Assembly: GCA_039810485.1 (NCBI GenBank)
Contig: JBDHXA010000004.1
Span: 11,198-75,197, forward strand
Source: Chlorobiota bacterium
GTDB taxonomy: Bacteria > Bacteroidota > Ignavibacteria > Kapaibacteriales > UBA961
Reading direction: 5' to 3'
DNA: 64,000 nucleotides
Positions 28,179 through 38,308 of this stretch are shown piece after piece (position 1 is the first letter of the stretch; each line of letters opens with the position of its first letter). The notes under the pieces are model-generated. The model saw only the letters and a list, made by a program, of their open reading frames with translations, had not been told where the DNA came from and ran no database searches. Position numbers and translations under genes: made by a program.

Positions 28179-30191
28179 ATGCTTAAACAATACAATATCG
28201 TAATTTTGCATGAATACTGCTTGTTTCGCTTAATATTCCTTCTGATGACCATCGCCCGATATTTACCATTGTTTCGTATTCCATTGCTTTTCACCTTATT
28301 AGCCGCTCTATTCGCTTCAAGCGCAGATGCAGTGGCGCAAATGCTGTCAGCCAAAGAGAAATTAGCTTTTTTTGCGCGTGGCGGCATTAATTTTGTTTCG
28401 CATAACAGCGGATTTGGCACATTCGTCGGACCAGCTGATTGTGCTTCCTTGCAAGATGGCAAAGGAAGCGGTTTTTCAGGCACAATCGGCGTAGAATTGC
28501 CGTTGTTTTCCAAAAGTTTTCTCGGAATTGGCATTGGATTTACAAATTTCGGCGGCAAAAGCTCAGGAAATTCAGTGTTTAATTCTCGCGATACGACAAG
28601 CGGAGAGCTTACTCCCGTAACATTGCAAACAAATCTTACAGCCGCGATGCAGTATGCGGCTTTGCATCCAGAATTCAATACAATTCTTATTGAAAAATTA
28701 TTGGGCGGGCCTTTGCGGCTGAGTATCGGCACATCGGCTTTTATTCCTCTATCTGCTTCGTTCGACCAAACAGAAAACATAATTTCACCAGCAAATGCCG
28801 CATTCATTGCCAATGGCAACAGATTACAGCAGCGCACCATAGCAAAAGGAGATATCAAAACAATAAAAGTGTTGTTTGGTATATCGGCAGGAATTGAAAA
28901 TATGATTCCCCTATCGTCTCGCTTATATTGCACACAACAAATTGGCGCTGATTTTCCACTCAATAATGCAACGTCAGACACAGATTGGAAAATGCATGGC
29001 TTGCGCGCAGAAATAGGACTTCGCTATGCGCTTCACACAGAATCTACTCAGCCGATTATTTCTCCACCGCCTCCTCCACCGCCATTACCCTCGCCACCGA
29101 AGCACCGCGAACTATCGCCCGCTCTATCAATAACACTCAAAAAAGTTGATTTGAAGGGTAAAGAAGGACGCGAGTTAATAGCATCGCCTCCAATAGTGAA
29201 TGCAGTTTTTTTTGAGCAAAATTCTGCTGTGATTCCTTCTAAATACAGCCAGAAAGAGTTGTCGGGAGCCATACCGTCTGACGCTTTGGAATTTCACCGT
29301 TACATCATTCCTTACATAGCTAAAATTCTCAGCGACAATCCTCGCGGAAAAGTAGAATTATATGGTGCAACATCAGGCGACGATGAAAGCCGCGGCGTTG
29401 AATTGGCGCAGCAGAGAGCTGACGCAGTGCGTAATATACTGATATCATTGGGTATTGCCAAAGAGAGAATAAGCGTGGCTGCCGACGTCAATCCTGCCGT
29501 AAAAAGCTCGCAGGATTTGCCGGAAGGGCGCGAGGAAAATCGTCGAACTGACATTATTGTTAGGAATGTGCGCTTGCAAGAATATGTGTCGCGTCAGAAT
29601 TATGCCGACATATCAGGTGCGGCAACAATGGAAATAATTGCCGAGGATCTTGCATCCGACAGCATTATCACTGTAAAATCGCCATGCTTTTCCACGCCAC
29701 TAATTATTAATTCCGGAGGCACGTTTACAGTGCCTTTGCATTGCCGCACAACAGAAACTTCGGGCGCATATTCGCTGCAAGTTGAGGCAATATCGAAGAA
29801 TCTGTCTGCAACTGATTTCTATTTGTCTTCTCTTGGCAGCATTGAAAAAACAGGCGAAGATGTGTATGTCAATAATTTCGACGCCGTACTTCGCTTTAAT
29901 TACAACAGCGATGAACTTTCAGCCGAAAACAAAGAATTACTGCGTCAAATGATAGAAAAAATGCCGTCCGGAACAATCATTACTATTTACGGAAGCGCAG
30001 ATGCAATAGGCACTCAGCAGCGGAATATTCAGCTTGAGAAAAATCGCGCTTCAAATACCGAGCAGTTTATACGCTCTATTTCCGGCAATACATTTACCAT
30101 TCACACTGCCCAAGGAACAGATAAATTTCCTGAAAACACTCCCGAAGGCAGATTCCTTAACCGCAATATGCGCATACGCTTAGAAAAGTAA
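28179..30191 (+). CDS. OmpA-family protein (N-terminal barrel, poly-Pro linker, two OmpA-like C-terminal domains); true start probably the later Met (MTIARYL)
   Basis: VFFEQNSA...LAQQRADAV...GREENRRTDI and FNYNSDEL...GSADAIG...GRFLNR; PPPPPPP linker; TAATTTTG promoter motif at 28201 lies inside the annotated 5' end. Confidence 0.8.
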   Translation: MLKQYNIVILHEYCLFRLIFLLMTIARYLPLFRIPLLFTLLAALFASSADAVAQMLSAKEKLAFFARGGINFVSHNSGFGTFVGPADCASLQDGKGSGFSGTIGVELPLFSKSFLGIGIGFTNFGGKSSGNSVFNSRDTTSGELTPVTLQTNLTAAMQYAALHPEFNTILIEKLLGGPLRLSIGTSAFIPLSASFDQTENIISPANAAFIANGNRLQQRTIAKGDIKTIKVLFGISAGIENMIPLSSRLYCTQQIGADFPLNNATSDTDWKMHGLRAEIGLRYALHTESTQPIISPPPPPPPLPSPPKHRELSPALSITLKKVDLKGKEGRELIASPPIVNAVFFEQNSAVIPSKYSQKELSGAIPSDALEFHRYIIPYIAKILSDNPRGKVELYGATSGDDESRGVELAQQRADAVRNILISLGIAKERISVAADVNPAVKSSQDLPEGREENRRTDIIVRNVRLQEYVSRQNYADISGAATMEIIAEDLASDSIITVKSPCFSTPLIINSGGTFTVPLHCRTTETSGAYSLQVEAISKNLSATDFYLSSLGSIEKTGEDVYVNNFDAVLRFNYNSDELSAENKELLRQMIEKMPSGTIITIYGSADAIGTQQRNIQLEKNRASNTEQFIRSISGNTFTIHTAQGTDKFPENTPEGRFLNRNMRIRLEK

Positions 30192-30241
30192 TAATGGTGC
30201 TGCGGCTTTGCAGTTAAATACATATCGCAAATAATTAGAAT

Positions 30242-31288
30242 ATGGAAAGCAAATCAGTCAAGCCAGCAAAAGAAGTAAGCAGCGAATCTTACGGAGCTTT
30301 TGTTCGACGTCAATTTCGCAAACGGCTTTTAGGCGTTATTTCCCTTTACTTTCTCATTGCCGTAATGCTTGCGGCTGTGTTTGCCGACTTTCTTGCCAAT
30401 GACAAACCACTCATTGCTTCCTATAAAAACAAGCTTATTTTTCCTGTGCTACAGCAATATGCCGTTGCAGTCGGTATTTCATCATGGGGCGCTGAATTTG
30501 CCCTTGCTGATTGGAAATCTATGCATTATGAATGGTCGCTATTTCCTCCTATTCCCTATTTGCCCTCAAATACCGACCAAGACGCAGTTAATGCAAATAA
30601 AACAAATCCGACTGCTCAACATTGGCTTGGAACAGACGACATTGGGCGAGATGTTTTTTCAGGCGTCATCCACGGCGCTCGATATGCATTGGCTATTGGC
30701 GTTGTGGCAATGGGCATTGCTTTGCTCATCGGCGTACTTATGGGCAGTATGGCGGGTTTTTTCGGAGGCAAAACCGATATGCTGATATCGCGGCTTATAG
30801 AAGTTATCATTACATTTCCAACATTTTTCTTGATAATAACCGTAGTGGCAATGTTTCAACAAGGAAATATTTGGCTGATTATGGCTCTAATTGGATTAAC
30901 TAATTGGACAGAGGTGGCGCGACTCATTCGCGGCGAGTTTTTAAGGATTCGCAATCTCGACTTTGTTACTGCCGCAACGTCTCTTGGATATTCACGCAGT
31001 CGCGTTATTTTCCGTCATGTGCTTCCTAATGCGCTTGGTCCTGTTTTAGTGTCGGCTGCTTTTGGCGTTGCACAGGCAATTTTAATCGAGTCGGCTTTGA
31101 GTTTTTTAGGATTTGGCGTGCCGCCGACTGTGGTTACTTGGGGTTCAATTCTGCAGCGAGCATCCGGTTCAATAAGCGCTTGGTGGCTAGCTGTATTTCC
31201 GGGCTTAATGATATTTCTCACAGTATCTGCCTATAATCTGATAGGCGATGCTTTGCGCGATGCCACCGACCCGCGGCTTCGCGCATAA
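30242..31288 (+). CDS. Peptide ABC transporter permease (OppC/DppC family)
   Basis: HWLGTDDIGRDV, EAA-like loop FVTAATSLG, RHVLPN and LIGDALRDATDPR. Confidence 0.9.
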   Translation: MESKSVKPAKEVSSESYGAFVRRQFRKRLLGVISLYFLIAVMLAAVFADFLANDKPLIASYKNKLIFPVLQQYAVAVGISSWGAEFALADWKSMHYEWSLFPPIPYLPSNTDQDAVNANKTNPTAQHWLGTDDIGRDVFSGVIHGARYALAIGVVAMGIALLIGVLMGSMAGFFGGKTDMLISRLIEVIITFPTFFLIITVVAMFQQGNIWLIMALIGLTNWTEVARLIRGEFLRIRNLDFVTAATSLGYSRSRVIFRHVLPNALGPVLVSAAFGVAQAILIESALSFLGFGVPPTVVTWGSILQRASGSISAWWLAVFPGLMIFLTVSAYNLIGDALRDATDPRLRA

Positions 31289-31366
31289 TTTTTTTCTCAT
31301 ACATCTCATTCAATTTTGTTTTTGATGCGCAAGATAAACAAAACGAGAAATTCATATAACTAAAAG

Positions 31367-32275
31367 ATGGCTGATCTTATAGGCGCATATACGGGCTTGC
31401 AAACAAGCGCAAAGATCTTCTGAAAAAACTTGGCTATAAGAAGAAAAACGACGCTTATTCTCATCCTGATAGCAATTTCGTTTTTATAGGCGATTATATT
31501 GATCGCGGACTTCAAATTCGCGAAATATTGTATATTGTAAAAAATACTGTTGAAGCTGGCAATGTGATTGCTTTAATTGGAAATCACGAATACAATGCGA
31601 TCTATTTTCATCTTCATGCGGCAAATGGAGGACATTTGCGAAAGCATTACATCAAAAGTATAATTCAACATTACGAAACCATATGACAATTCCATAATCA
31701 TAAGCAAGAATATGATGATTTTCCGAATGGTTCAAAACACTATCTCTTTATTTGTAAACGCCTTCTTTCAGAGCAGTTCATTCATGTTGAAATAATGTAA
31801 ATATTGAATAATTAAGGAATATTTAAAATAATCTCGTCTGACAGACGAGATTATTTACAAGTCAGTCAAAGAGAATGCGCCAATAAATTCAGTGCTTGAC
31901 CCAGTGCTAAAAGGCTTAGAAATTTCATTGCCCGATGGAATAGAATTTTGCGATACAGACGCAGTTGTTCGCAATAATATTCACATTAAATTGTTGAATA
32001 ACCCTCGAAATATGACCTACAAATCTATTTGTGTCGAACCTTTTGAAAGTCTTCCTGATCTGATTGTTGATCAGTACAACGGCAAGTCAGATGACTTTTA
32101 TTCAATCAGCGATAAGATTGTTTTATTTGTTCATAATTGGCTAAGAGGCAGTCCGTCCTTTGTGCAGAAAAATTCTAACTGCTTGGATTACAGCACAGCA
32201 AAAAGCGGATATCTTGTCGCATATAGATTGGATGAAGAAACCGATCTGAATAGCAATAATTTTTTCTTCGTATAA
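31367..32275 (+). pseudogene. Degraded calcineurin-like metallophosphoesterase
   Basis: Fragments FIGDYIDRG (~31483-31510) and LIGNHEYNA (~31573-31600) plus C-terminal CLDYSTAKSGYLVAYR, broken by frameshifts and stops. Confidence 0.8.
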
Positions 32276-32322
32276 TTATATTATTTATCGCGATTAAATA
32301 AATCAGCAATACTGATGGTTCC

Positions 32323-32775
32323 ATGTTAGCACACAATATAGCACAATATGAAATATTCATGCTTAGGTGCATAGAATTAGCCATGATTGCCAAGAATAGA
32401 GGCGATGCTCCAGTCGGTGCTATTATAGCGATTGGGAGCGAAATTATAACCGAAGGAATAGAAGGCGGAAAGACTCATTGCGACATAACATTTCATGCAG
32501 AGATAGAAGCGATAAGAAAAGCAATAATTGCTTTAAATAGAAACGACTTGTCTGACTGCACACTAATCACGACACACGAACCATGCATTATGTGTTCATA
32601 TGTCATCAGACACTATAAAATAAAGACGGTAGCATTCGGAATAAAAGTGGATGAAATAGGCGGAACAAATCCGCGATGCCATGTTTTAACAGACGAAACC
32701 ATAAATATCTGGTCGCCTCCGCCGGAAATAATATGGGGAATTTTGGAAGATAAATGTGCTGTATTAAAAATGTGA
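32323..32775 (+). CDS. Nucleoside/tRNA adenosine deaminase family protein (TadA-like)
   Basis: PVGA, HAEIEA and EPCIMC zinc motifs. Confidence 0.85.
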   Translation: MLAHNIAQYEIFMLRCIELAMIAKNRGDAPVGAIIAIGSEIITEGIEGGKTHCDITFHAEIEAIRKAIIALNRNDLSDCTLITTHEPCIMCSYVIRHYKIKTVAFGIKVDEIGGTNPRCHVLTDETINIWSPPPEIIWGILEDKCAVLKM

Positions 32776-32831
32776 CCCATAATATTTTTCATTATTCTGT
32801 ATTGTTGTTGCTAAGTTAAATTCATATTTGT

Positions 32832-33548
32832 ATGACAGATAATCGCCATATTCTAGAGCATAAATTTGAAGACATAAAAGCAGTGCTTTTATCTGAACAT
32901 TTAACGCATAAAATAATTCAAACGTCTTTTCGAGATTATTCGGCACAGGCTGAAATATTCAACACAGATAATATTAAATTAGGTGCTTACACGTTGTATT
33001 ATTCGCCGAAACGAAATGAATTTAGCATAAAAGCATTTCAGAATTTGCCGGATTTTATCGCACAAAAAATACATAATTTTCTATTTGCCAAGCTGCAAGC
33101 CGCCTCTGAAAAAAAAACTAATGAAACAATACAATTTTCATCTCAGTTAAACGCTTATGTTGATGGCTCGTACCTAAACGGCATGGTTGGATATGGCGGC
33201 GTGATTATACAAAACGATGAAATTATTTTTGAAATAAGCGGCAGTGTAGACAAGCAGGAATATATGTCTGCGCGCCAAGTGGCTGGTGAATTATTCGCCG
33301 TAGGAAAAATATTGCAATGGTGCAGAAATAATTCAATAAAAAAAATAAATATATTTTACGACTATGCCGGCATTGAAGCTTGGGCTGTCGGCACTTGGAA
33401 AACTAACCAAGCGCTTACTCAAAATTATGCTCATTTTGTGCGTTCATGCGGTATTGACGTTCGTTGGCACAAAGTCGCCGCGCATACAGGGAATCGCTGG
33501 AATGACTATGCGGACAATTTAGCAAAGCAAGGTGCGGCATCGTCTTAA
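32832..33548 (+). CDS. Ribonuclease HI family protein with an unrecognised N-terminal domain
   Basis: AYVDGSY, RQVAGE, YDYAGI and KVAAHTGNRWNDYADNLAK. Confidence 0.85.
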   Translation: MTDNRHILEHKFEDIKAVLLSEHLTHKIIQTSFRDYSAQAEIFNTDNIKLGAYTLYYSPKRNEFSIKAFQNLPDFIAQKIHNFLFAKLQAASEKKTNETIQFSSQLNAYVDGSYLNGMVGYGGVIIQNDEIIFEISGSVDKQEYMSARQVAGELFAVGKILQWCRNNSIKKINIFYDYAGIEAWAVGTWKTNQALTQNYAHFVRSCGIDVRWHKVAAHTGNRWNDYADNLAKQGAASS

Positions 33549-33606
33549 AATATGAGCGGAATCAAATAAATTATCATCATTGTTTCATTATCATTATCAA
33601 TAAAGC

Positions 33607-33897
33607 ATGTCATCTGATAAAACCGATATTGTACGACATATTGCAGATTTAGCTCGGTTGGAATTTTCTGAGCATGAAATTGGCATTTTCTCCAAGCAAT
33701 TCGACGAAATGCTTTCATATATTAGCATAATCGAAAAACTCGACCTTGAAAATGTAGAGCCGCTTCTGCACGTAATACAAGCCGAAAACGTCTTTCGCGA
33801 AGACATTGCAAAGCCCTCGCTTTCTTCAACTGAGGCGCTTGCAAATGCCCCAAAACACGACAATGTGTTTTTCAAAGTTCCGAAAGTACTGAAATAG
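33607..33897 (+). CDS. gatC: Asp/Glu-tRNA amidotransferase subunit C
   Basis: HIADLARL, NVFRED, LANAP and FFKVPKV. Confidence 0.93.
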   Translation: MSSDKTDIVRHIADLARLEFSEHEIGIFSKQFDEMLSYISIIEKLDLENVEPLLHVIQAENVFREDIAKPSLSSTEALANAPKHDNVFFKVPKVLK

Positions 33898-33908
33898 CTT
33901 AGACGTCA

Positions 33909-35414
33909 ATGCGTTTTCCAGAACGTTCTTCCGGTGTTTTGCTTCATATATCTTCTCTTCCATCACAATACGGAATAGGAGATTTGGGCCCAAGTGCTTA
34001 TCATTTTGCATCAACGCTTTCCGAAGCCAAGCAACGTTATTGGCAAATGTTGCCTGTAACTCCCACCGATGCCGGAAGCGGATATTCTCCATATTCCAGT
34101 CCGTCGGCTTATGCAGGGAATGTCTTGTTTATCAGCCCTGAACTGCTTTTCAATCAAGGGTTTCTTTCAAAAAACGATCTGAAGTCCGCACCTTCTTTTA
34201 CAAAAGGAAAAGTTGATTATCCGCAAGTTACAGCATGGAAATCCGCTTTGTTTCAAATATCCTATGCAGCTTTTCAGAAACGTAGAACGCACAACAACGC
34301 TGAGTTCGAAAGCTTCTTTGAGGCGAATCGTAGTTGGTTGGAAGATTATTCTCTATTTTCTGCTTTAAAATCACACTTTAACGGCAAATCATGGAATTAC
34401 TGGCCTGCAGATTTGCGCTCGAAATCTGCTCATATACTTGATATTGTCCGCGTTAATTTACACGAACGAATTGAGTATGAAATCTTTCTTCAATTTGTTT
34501 TTTTCACACAATGGCAGGAGCTCAAGAAACGCTGCAATGCTCTAGACATTCAGCTTATCGGCGACATGCCAATTTATGTAAGCTACGACAGCGCAGATGT
34601 TTGGACTAATTCCAATTTATTTCAGCTCGACACAAGTCAGCATCCCGTCAACGTTTCTGGCGTTCCACCCGATTATTTCAGCAAAACAGGGCAGCGCTGG
34701 GGCAATCCGCTCTATGATTGGGAAACAATGCAGCTGGACAATTATTCATGGTGGCATCGCCGTTTGCAACAAACGCTTTCAATGTTTGATCTTGTGAGAA
34801 TTGACCACTTTCGCGGTTTATCGGCTTATTGGAGCATTCCGGCAAAAGATTCTACTGCCGAAAAAGGCGAATGGCGCATAGGGCCAGGCGCTCAATTTCT
34901 TCAGTCAATAGCGCGGAAATTTCCTTCTTTGCCATTGATTGCCGAGGATTTGGGCACAATTACGGCAGATGTGCGCGAGCTGCTAACAAATTTTGACTTG
35001 CCCGGCATGAAAGTATTGCAATTTGCTTTTGACGATGATATTTCTGAAAATGCTTATGCCCCGCATAATGTGGCTGAACATTGCGTGCTTTATACAGGAA
35101 CTCATGATAATAACACGGCTAATAGCTGGTATTCCAAAGAAACAACGGCAAAGCAGAAAGATCTTCTGCAATTATATATAGGAAGTGATGTTACGACAAG
35201 CAATATTCACCGCCACCTATTGCGATTAGCGCTTTGCTCACGCGCAAATCTAGTAATATTACCAATGCAGGATATTTGCGGTCTTGGCGAAGAATCGCGA
35301 ATGAATACGCCCGGCGTAGCAAAAGGAAATTGGACTTGGCGCTTAACAGATGAGGAATATGCCGATGAATGGGCATATTTACTTTCATTAACCGAAATCT
35401 TCGGAAGAACTTGA
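33909..35414 (+). CDS. malQ: 4-alpha-glucanotransferase (GH77)
   Basis: GVLLHISSLP, IGDMPIYV, GVPPDYFS, RIDHFRG, IAEDLG, YTGTHDNNT and RMNTPG. Confidence 0.95.
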   Translation: MRFPERSSGVLLHISSLPSQYGIGDLGPSAYHFASTLSEAKQRYWQMLPVTPTDAGSGYSPYSSPSAYAGNVLFISPELLFNQGFLSKNDLKSAPSFTKGKVDYPQVTAWKSALFQISYAAFQKRRTHNNAEFESFFEANRSWLEDYSLFSALKSHFNGKSWNYWPADLRSKSAHILDIVRVNLHERIEYEIFLQFVFFTQWQELKKRCNALDIQLIGDMPIYVSYDSADVWTNSNLFQLDTSQHPVNVSGVPPDYFSKTGQRWGNPLYDWETMQLDNYSWWHRRLQQTLSMFDLVRIDHFRGLSAYWSIPAKDSTAEKGEWRIGPGAQFLQSIARKFPSLPLIAEDLGTITADVRELLTNFDLPGMKVLQFAFDDDISENAYAPHNVAEHCVLYTGTHDNNTANSWYSKETTAKQKDLLQLYIGSDVTTSNIHRHLLRLALCSRANLVILPMQDICGLGEESRMNTPGVAKGNWTWRLTDEEYADEWAYLLSLTEIFGRT

Positions 35415-36455
35415 ATGGAATATGTTGATGTACTAATAGCTGGAGCAGGAATTGCCGGCATGACATTAGCTCTAATGCTGCATAAAGAAGGGATATCATG
35501 CGCCATCGCAGACAAACATCATCCTCGAACGGCATCTCGAATTTCCGGCGGCGTTATAAATCCATTGCCGGGACGGCGTTTCTCTCCAAGTTGGAATATT
35601 AATATAGTCATGGATGAAGCAGATCTATTTTGGACTGATTGTGGTTTTCTCTTGGGACAAGAAGTTTTGTCAATGTTACCAATTTACCGATTTTTTCATG
35701 AAGGCAGTCAGAATTACTGGCAAAATCACAAGCAAGAAGCCGATAGATTTGTGATACGCGAATTTGATGATGAAGAAAACTTTGAAGGTCTTACAAAACA
35801 TGAAGGCGGTGTTGTAATTTCAGGACGTCGTGTAGATGTGCCGCTTTTTCTCATGTTAGCCGAGCAATATTTACGCAGTCAAAACATCACTTTTATTAAA
35901 AGCAGCGTACTGATTGAAAAATGCCATCACGAAGATCGCGTAATTTGGAACGATATATCTGCAAAGAAAGTAGTTTGGTGCGAGGGCTGGAGCTCGGCGA
36001 TCAACCCTCTTTGGTCGCATTTGCCATTTGTGCCAGCAAAAGGCGAAATTTTAACGATAAAAGCCGAAAACCTTCATTTGCCCGGCGTTGTTTCGAAAAA
36101 TATTTTCATTGCACCAACCGAAGAACAAAATATCTTTCGCTTCGGTTCAACGTATAAATGGAATTTTGCAGATGAAGAACCGACTGTAGAAGGATACGAA
36201 GAGCTCACGACTCACTTAAAGCAATGGCTTACAGCGCCTTTTGAAACTCTCGCTCATGATGCGGGGATACGCTCTGCGATGCGTGACATCAAGCCAATTG
36301 TCGGATGTCACACCACCATGCATAATCATATTATTTTCAACGGACTTGGCGCAAAAGCAACGCTTATGGCTCCGTTCTGTGCGCGACAATTGGCCAATCT
36401 GCTTATTCACGGCGCTGAATGTGACCGAGAAATTAGCATTTCACGATTTGGATAA
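35415..36455 (+). CDS. FAD-dependent oxidoreductase (DAO/glycine oxidase-like)
   Basis: IAGAGIAG Rossmann motif, PAKGE, AGIR and NGLGAK. Confidence 0.8.
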   Translation: MEYVDVLIAGAGIAGMTLALMLHKEGISCAIADKHHPRTASRISGGVINPLPGRRFSPSWNINIVMDEADLFWTDCGFLLGQEVLSMLPIYRFFHEGSQNYWQNHKQEADRFVIREFDDEENFEGLTKHEGGVVISGRRVDVPLFLMLAEQYLRSQNITFIKSSVLIEKCHHEDRVIWNDISAKKVVWCEGWSSAINPLWSHLPFVPAKGEILTIKAENLHLPGVVSKNIFIAPTEEQNIFRFGSTYKWNFADEEPTVEGYEELTTHLKQWLTAPFETLAHDAGIRSAMRDIKPIVGCHTTMHNHIIFNGLGAKATLMAPFCARQLANLLIHGAECDREISISRFG

Positions 36456-36511
36456 TGTTGATGCGATGATTTCCGCTATAATCAATCAATAGTATTTCTC
36501 CTACAGCTCTC

Positions 36512-38275
36512 CTATTTCCCGGAGAGTGGCGAAGTAATAAATGGCGGTTTGGGAAAATCACTTTCTAGTGGGCGTAATTCTCCGTCTTCAAATAAAATAT
36601 CAGGAACTACCATAGTCGCGCCTACATATTGATCGCCGCCGCTGATAAATGGCGAGATAACTGATGGAGCAAGATAATTATAACAGAACTGCTTTTTGCC
36701 GACAGCGATAATGTCCTTAAACGATTGCACAGAAAGCCCGGCAGCTTCGGCTCCTCGGACTAGTTCTTCTCTGCCATCTGGATACACTTTCGCAACTTCA
36801 AGAAGCGATATTTTTGCATCGCCTTGCGAATATGGATATTCTCCCTCCGTTTGCTGATAAAGCGAAGTGTATAGTATGTTTTGGTTTAGGACTTTTCGAA
36901 TGATAATGCCGAAAGACAGATCTCTATCTTTGCACAATTTCAACATTTTCCTTTTTAATTCTGAACGATCCATCTGTTTCTTTGGATCTGCCGAAAGCAC
37001 AAGAGAGCTAAGCATGGCCGAGCCGCCTCGTTGATGTCCGTTCGATTGCCGAATGCGTTTAGTAGGGATGCGCGAAGAAAGCAATGTTTTTAAATATCCT
37101 TTATCAATAAGCGTAACTTGCTGAGCATTAATTCCATCGTCGTCTAATGAATAATAGCCGAGCGCAGAAGTATGGCCAAAATCAGCCCGCAAAGGATCTG
37201 CCGTCAGTGAGAGAAAATCCGGCAAAGCGCGTCCGCCAATTTTATTCTGAAATGCAAAATAGCGTTCTTGATCTTGCATTCCTCTTTCTGTCAGCGGCGG
37301 ACGCTGCGCAACAAGATTTGGCGCAAATATTTGAGCAAAAACTTCGGCAGCGGCCTGCTCTTCATAGAGTATTGGTCCAGAATAGGCATCTGCCAAAACA
37401 GGAGCAACCAACAAGGAATTTAGCGTAGAAGCAATTGATTCTACTGCGCGAAGCAACGAGTCGCGTCCGGGAAGTTCGCGAAGATTCCGCGCATAGCATG
37501 AGTATGTTTCTGCAATCGGCATTCCATCATTTGCCTGCGCCGACGCAACCACTTCAATCCCAATATAAAATTTATTTTTACGAAACTCTCTTCCTTCTGA
37601 ATTTACAAAATAGACAGTTTCCGGCAGAAATTCTATGCTGACGGTTGAAGAAGAAATTTTAGGATAGCGCAGAAAAACGGACGAAAGATCATTGGCTGCC
37701 TTCTCATAATATTCGTCGTTAAATGCTGGAAAATCAGCGGTGTCTGCAACAATCGAAGGCGGCAAAAGTTTAAAATCAGGCGTTGTATCTGTACGTAAAC
37801 GATTTTTAACAGCGGCTTCTTTTTTAGCATAAAGCTCGGCTGCCTGCTTATATGCGGCATCGGAAGCAAGCCATAGATCGCGGCGCAGCGAAGCATAATC
37901 CGGCTCGGAGGCGACGCGACGGCTGCGGAAGGATTCTTCATCGTCGGCGCTGCCAAAAAGACCTAAGCCAATATCAAAAAAATTGGTGTTGTCAAATTCC
38001 GGTTTTCCAACTCTAACACCTACAGTCAAAGACGCAGTTTTATTGGCACGAGAGTAAAGCAAGCTGCCAAGCGTAGATTTAATTGCATGAGAATTTCGGA
38101 CTGTAAGACGATAGTCCATATAATAAGGACGCTGCAATGACTCTACCGAAAGCTTATTCATCGAACGGCTAAGCTCGTCTTTCATGGCGCGCTGTATATT
38201 ATCGGCTAAAGCTCCTGCTGATGCAACGCATAGCGTAAAAACTGCAAATATTACCGGACTTATTCTGATATTCAT
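36512..38275 (-). CDS. TldD/PmbA-related protein, exported
   Basis: VRVG...DNTNF, YSGPILYE, DDDG...LIDKGYLK, SNGH and signal peptide; no HExxxH. Confidence 0.75.
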   Translation of the reverse strand: MNIRISPVIFAVFTLCVASAGALADNIQRAMKDELSRSMNKLSVESLQRPYYMDYRLTVRNSHAIKSTLGSLLYSRANKTASLTVGVRVGKPEFDNTNFFDIGLGLFGSADDEESFRSRRVASEPDYASLRRDLWLASDAAYKQAAELYAKKEAAVKNRLRTDTTPDFKLLPPSIVADTADFPAFNDEYYEKAANDLSSVFLRYPKISSSTVSIEFLPETVYFVNSEGREFRKNKFYIGIEVVASAQANDGMPIAETYSCYARNLRELPGRDSLLRAVESIASTLNSLLVAPVLADAYSGPILYEEQAAAEVFAQIFAPNLVAQRPPLTERGMQDQERYFAFQNKIGGRALPDFLSLTADPLRADFGHTSALGYYSLDDDGINAQQVTLIDKGYLKTLLSSRIPTKRIRQSNGHQRGGSAMLSSLVLSADPKKQMDRSELKRKMLKLCKDRDLSFGIIIRKVLNQNILYTSLYQQTEGEYPYSQGDAKISLLEVAKVYPDGREELVRGAEAAGLSVQSFKDIIAVGKKQFCYNYLAPSVISPFISGGDQYVGATMVVPDILFEDGELRPLESDFPKPPFITSPLSGK

Positions 38276-38308
38276 AAATAGCGTCTATGCTTTCAAATAT
38301 GTGAATTT

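Noticed and set aside
28034-28981. 315-aa minus-strand ORF
   Set aside because: It is the antisense shadow of the OmpA-family gene and has no recognisable motifs.
31892-32275. Independent 127-aa gene
   Set aside because: It is better explained as the C-terminal fragment of the upstream metallophosphoesterase pseudogene.
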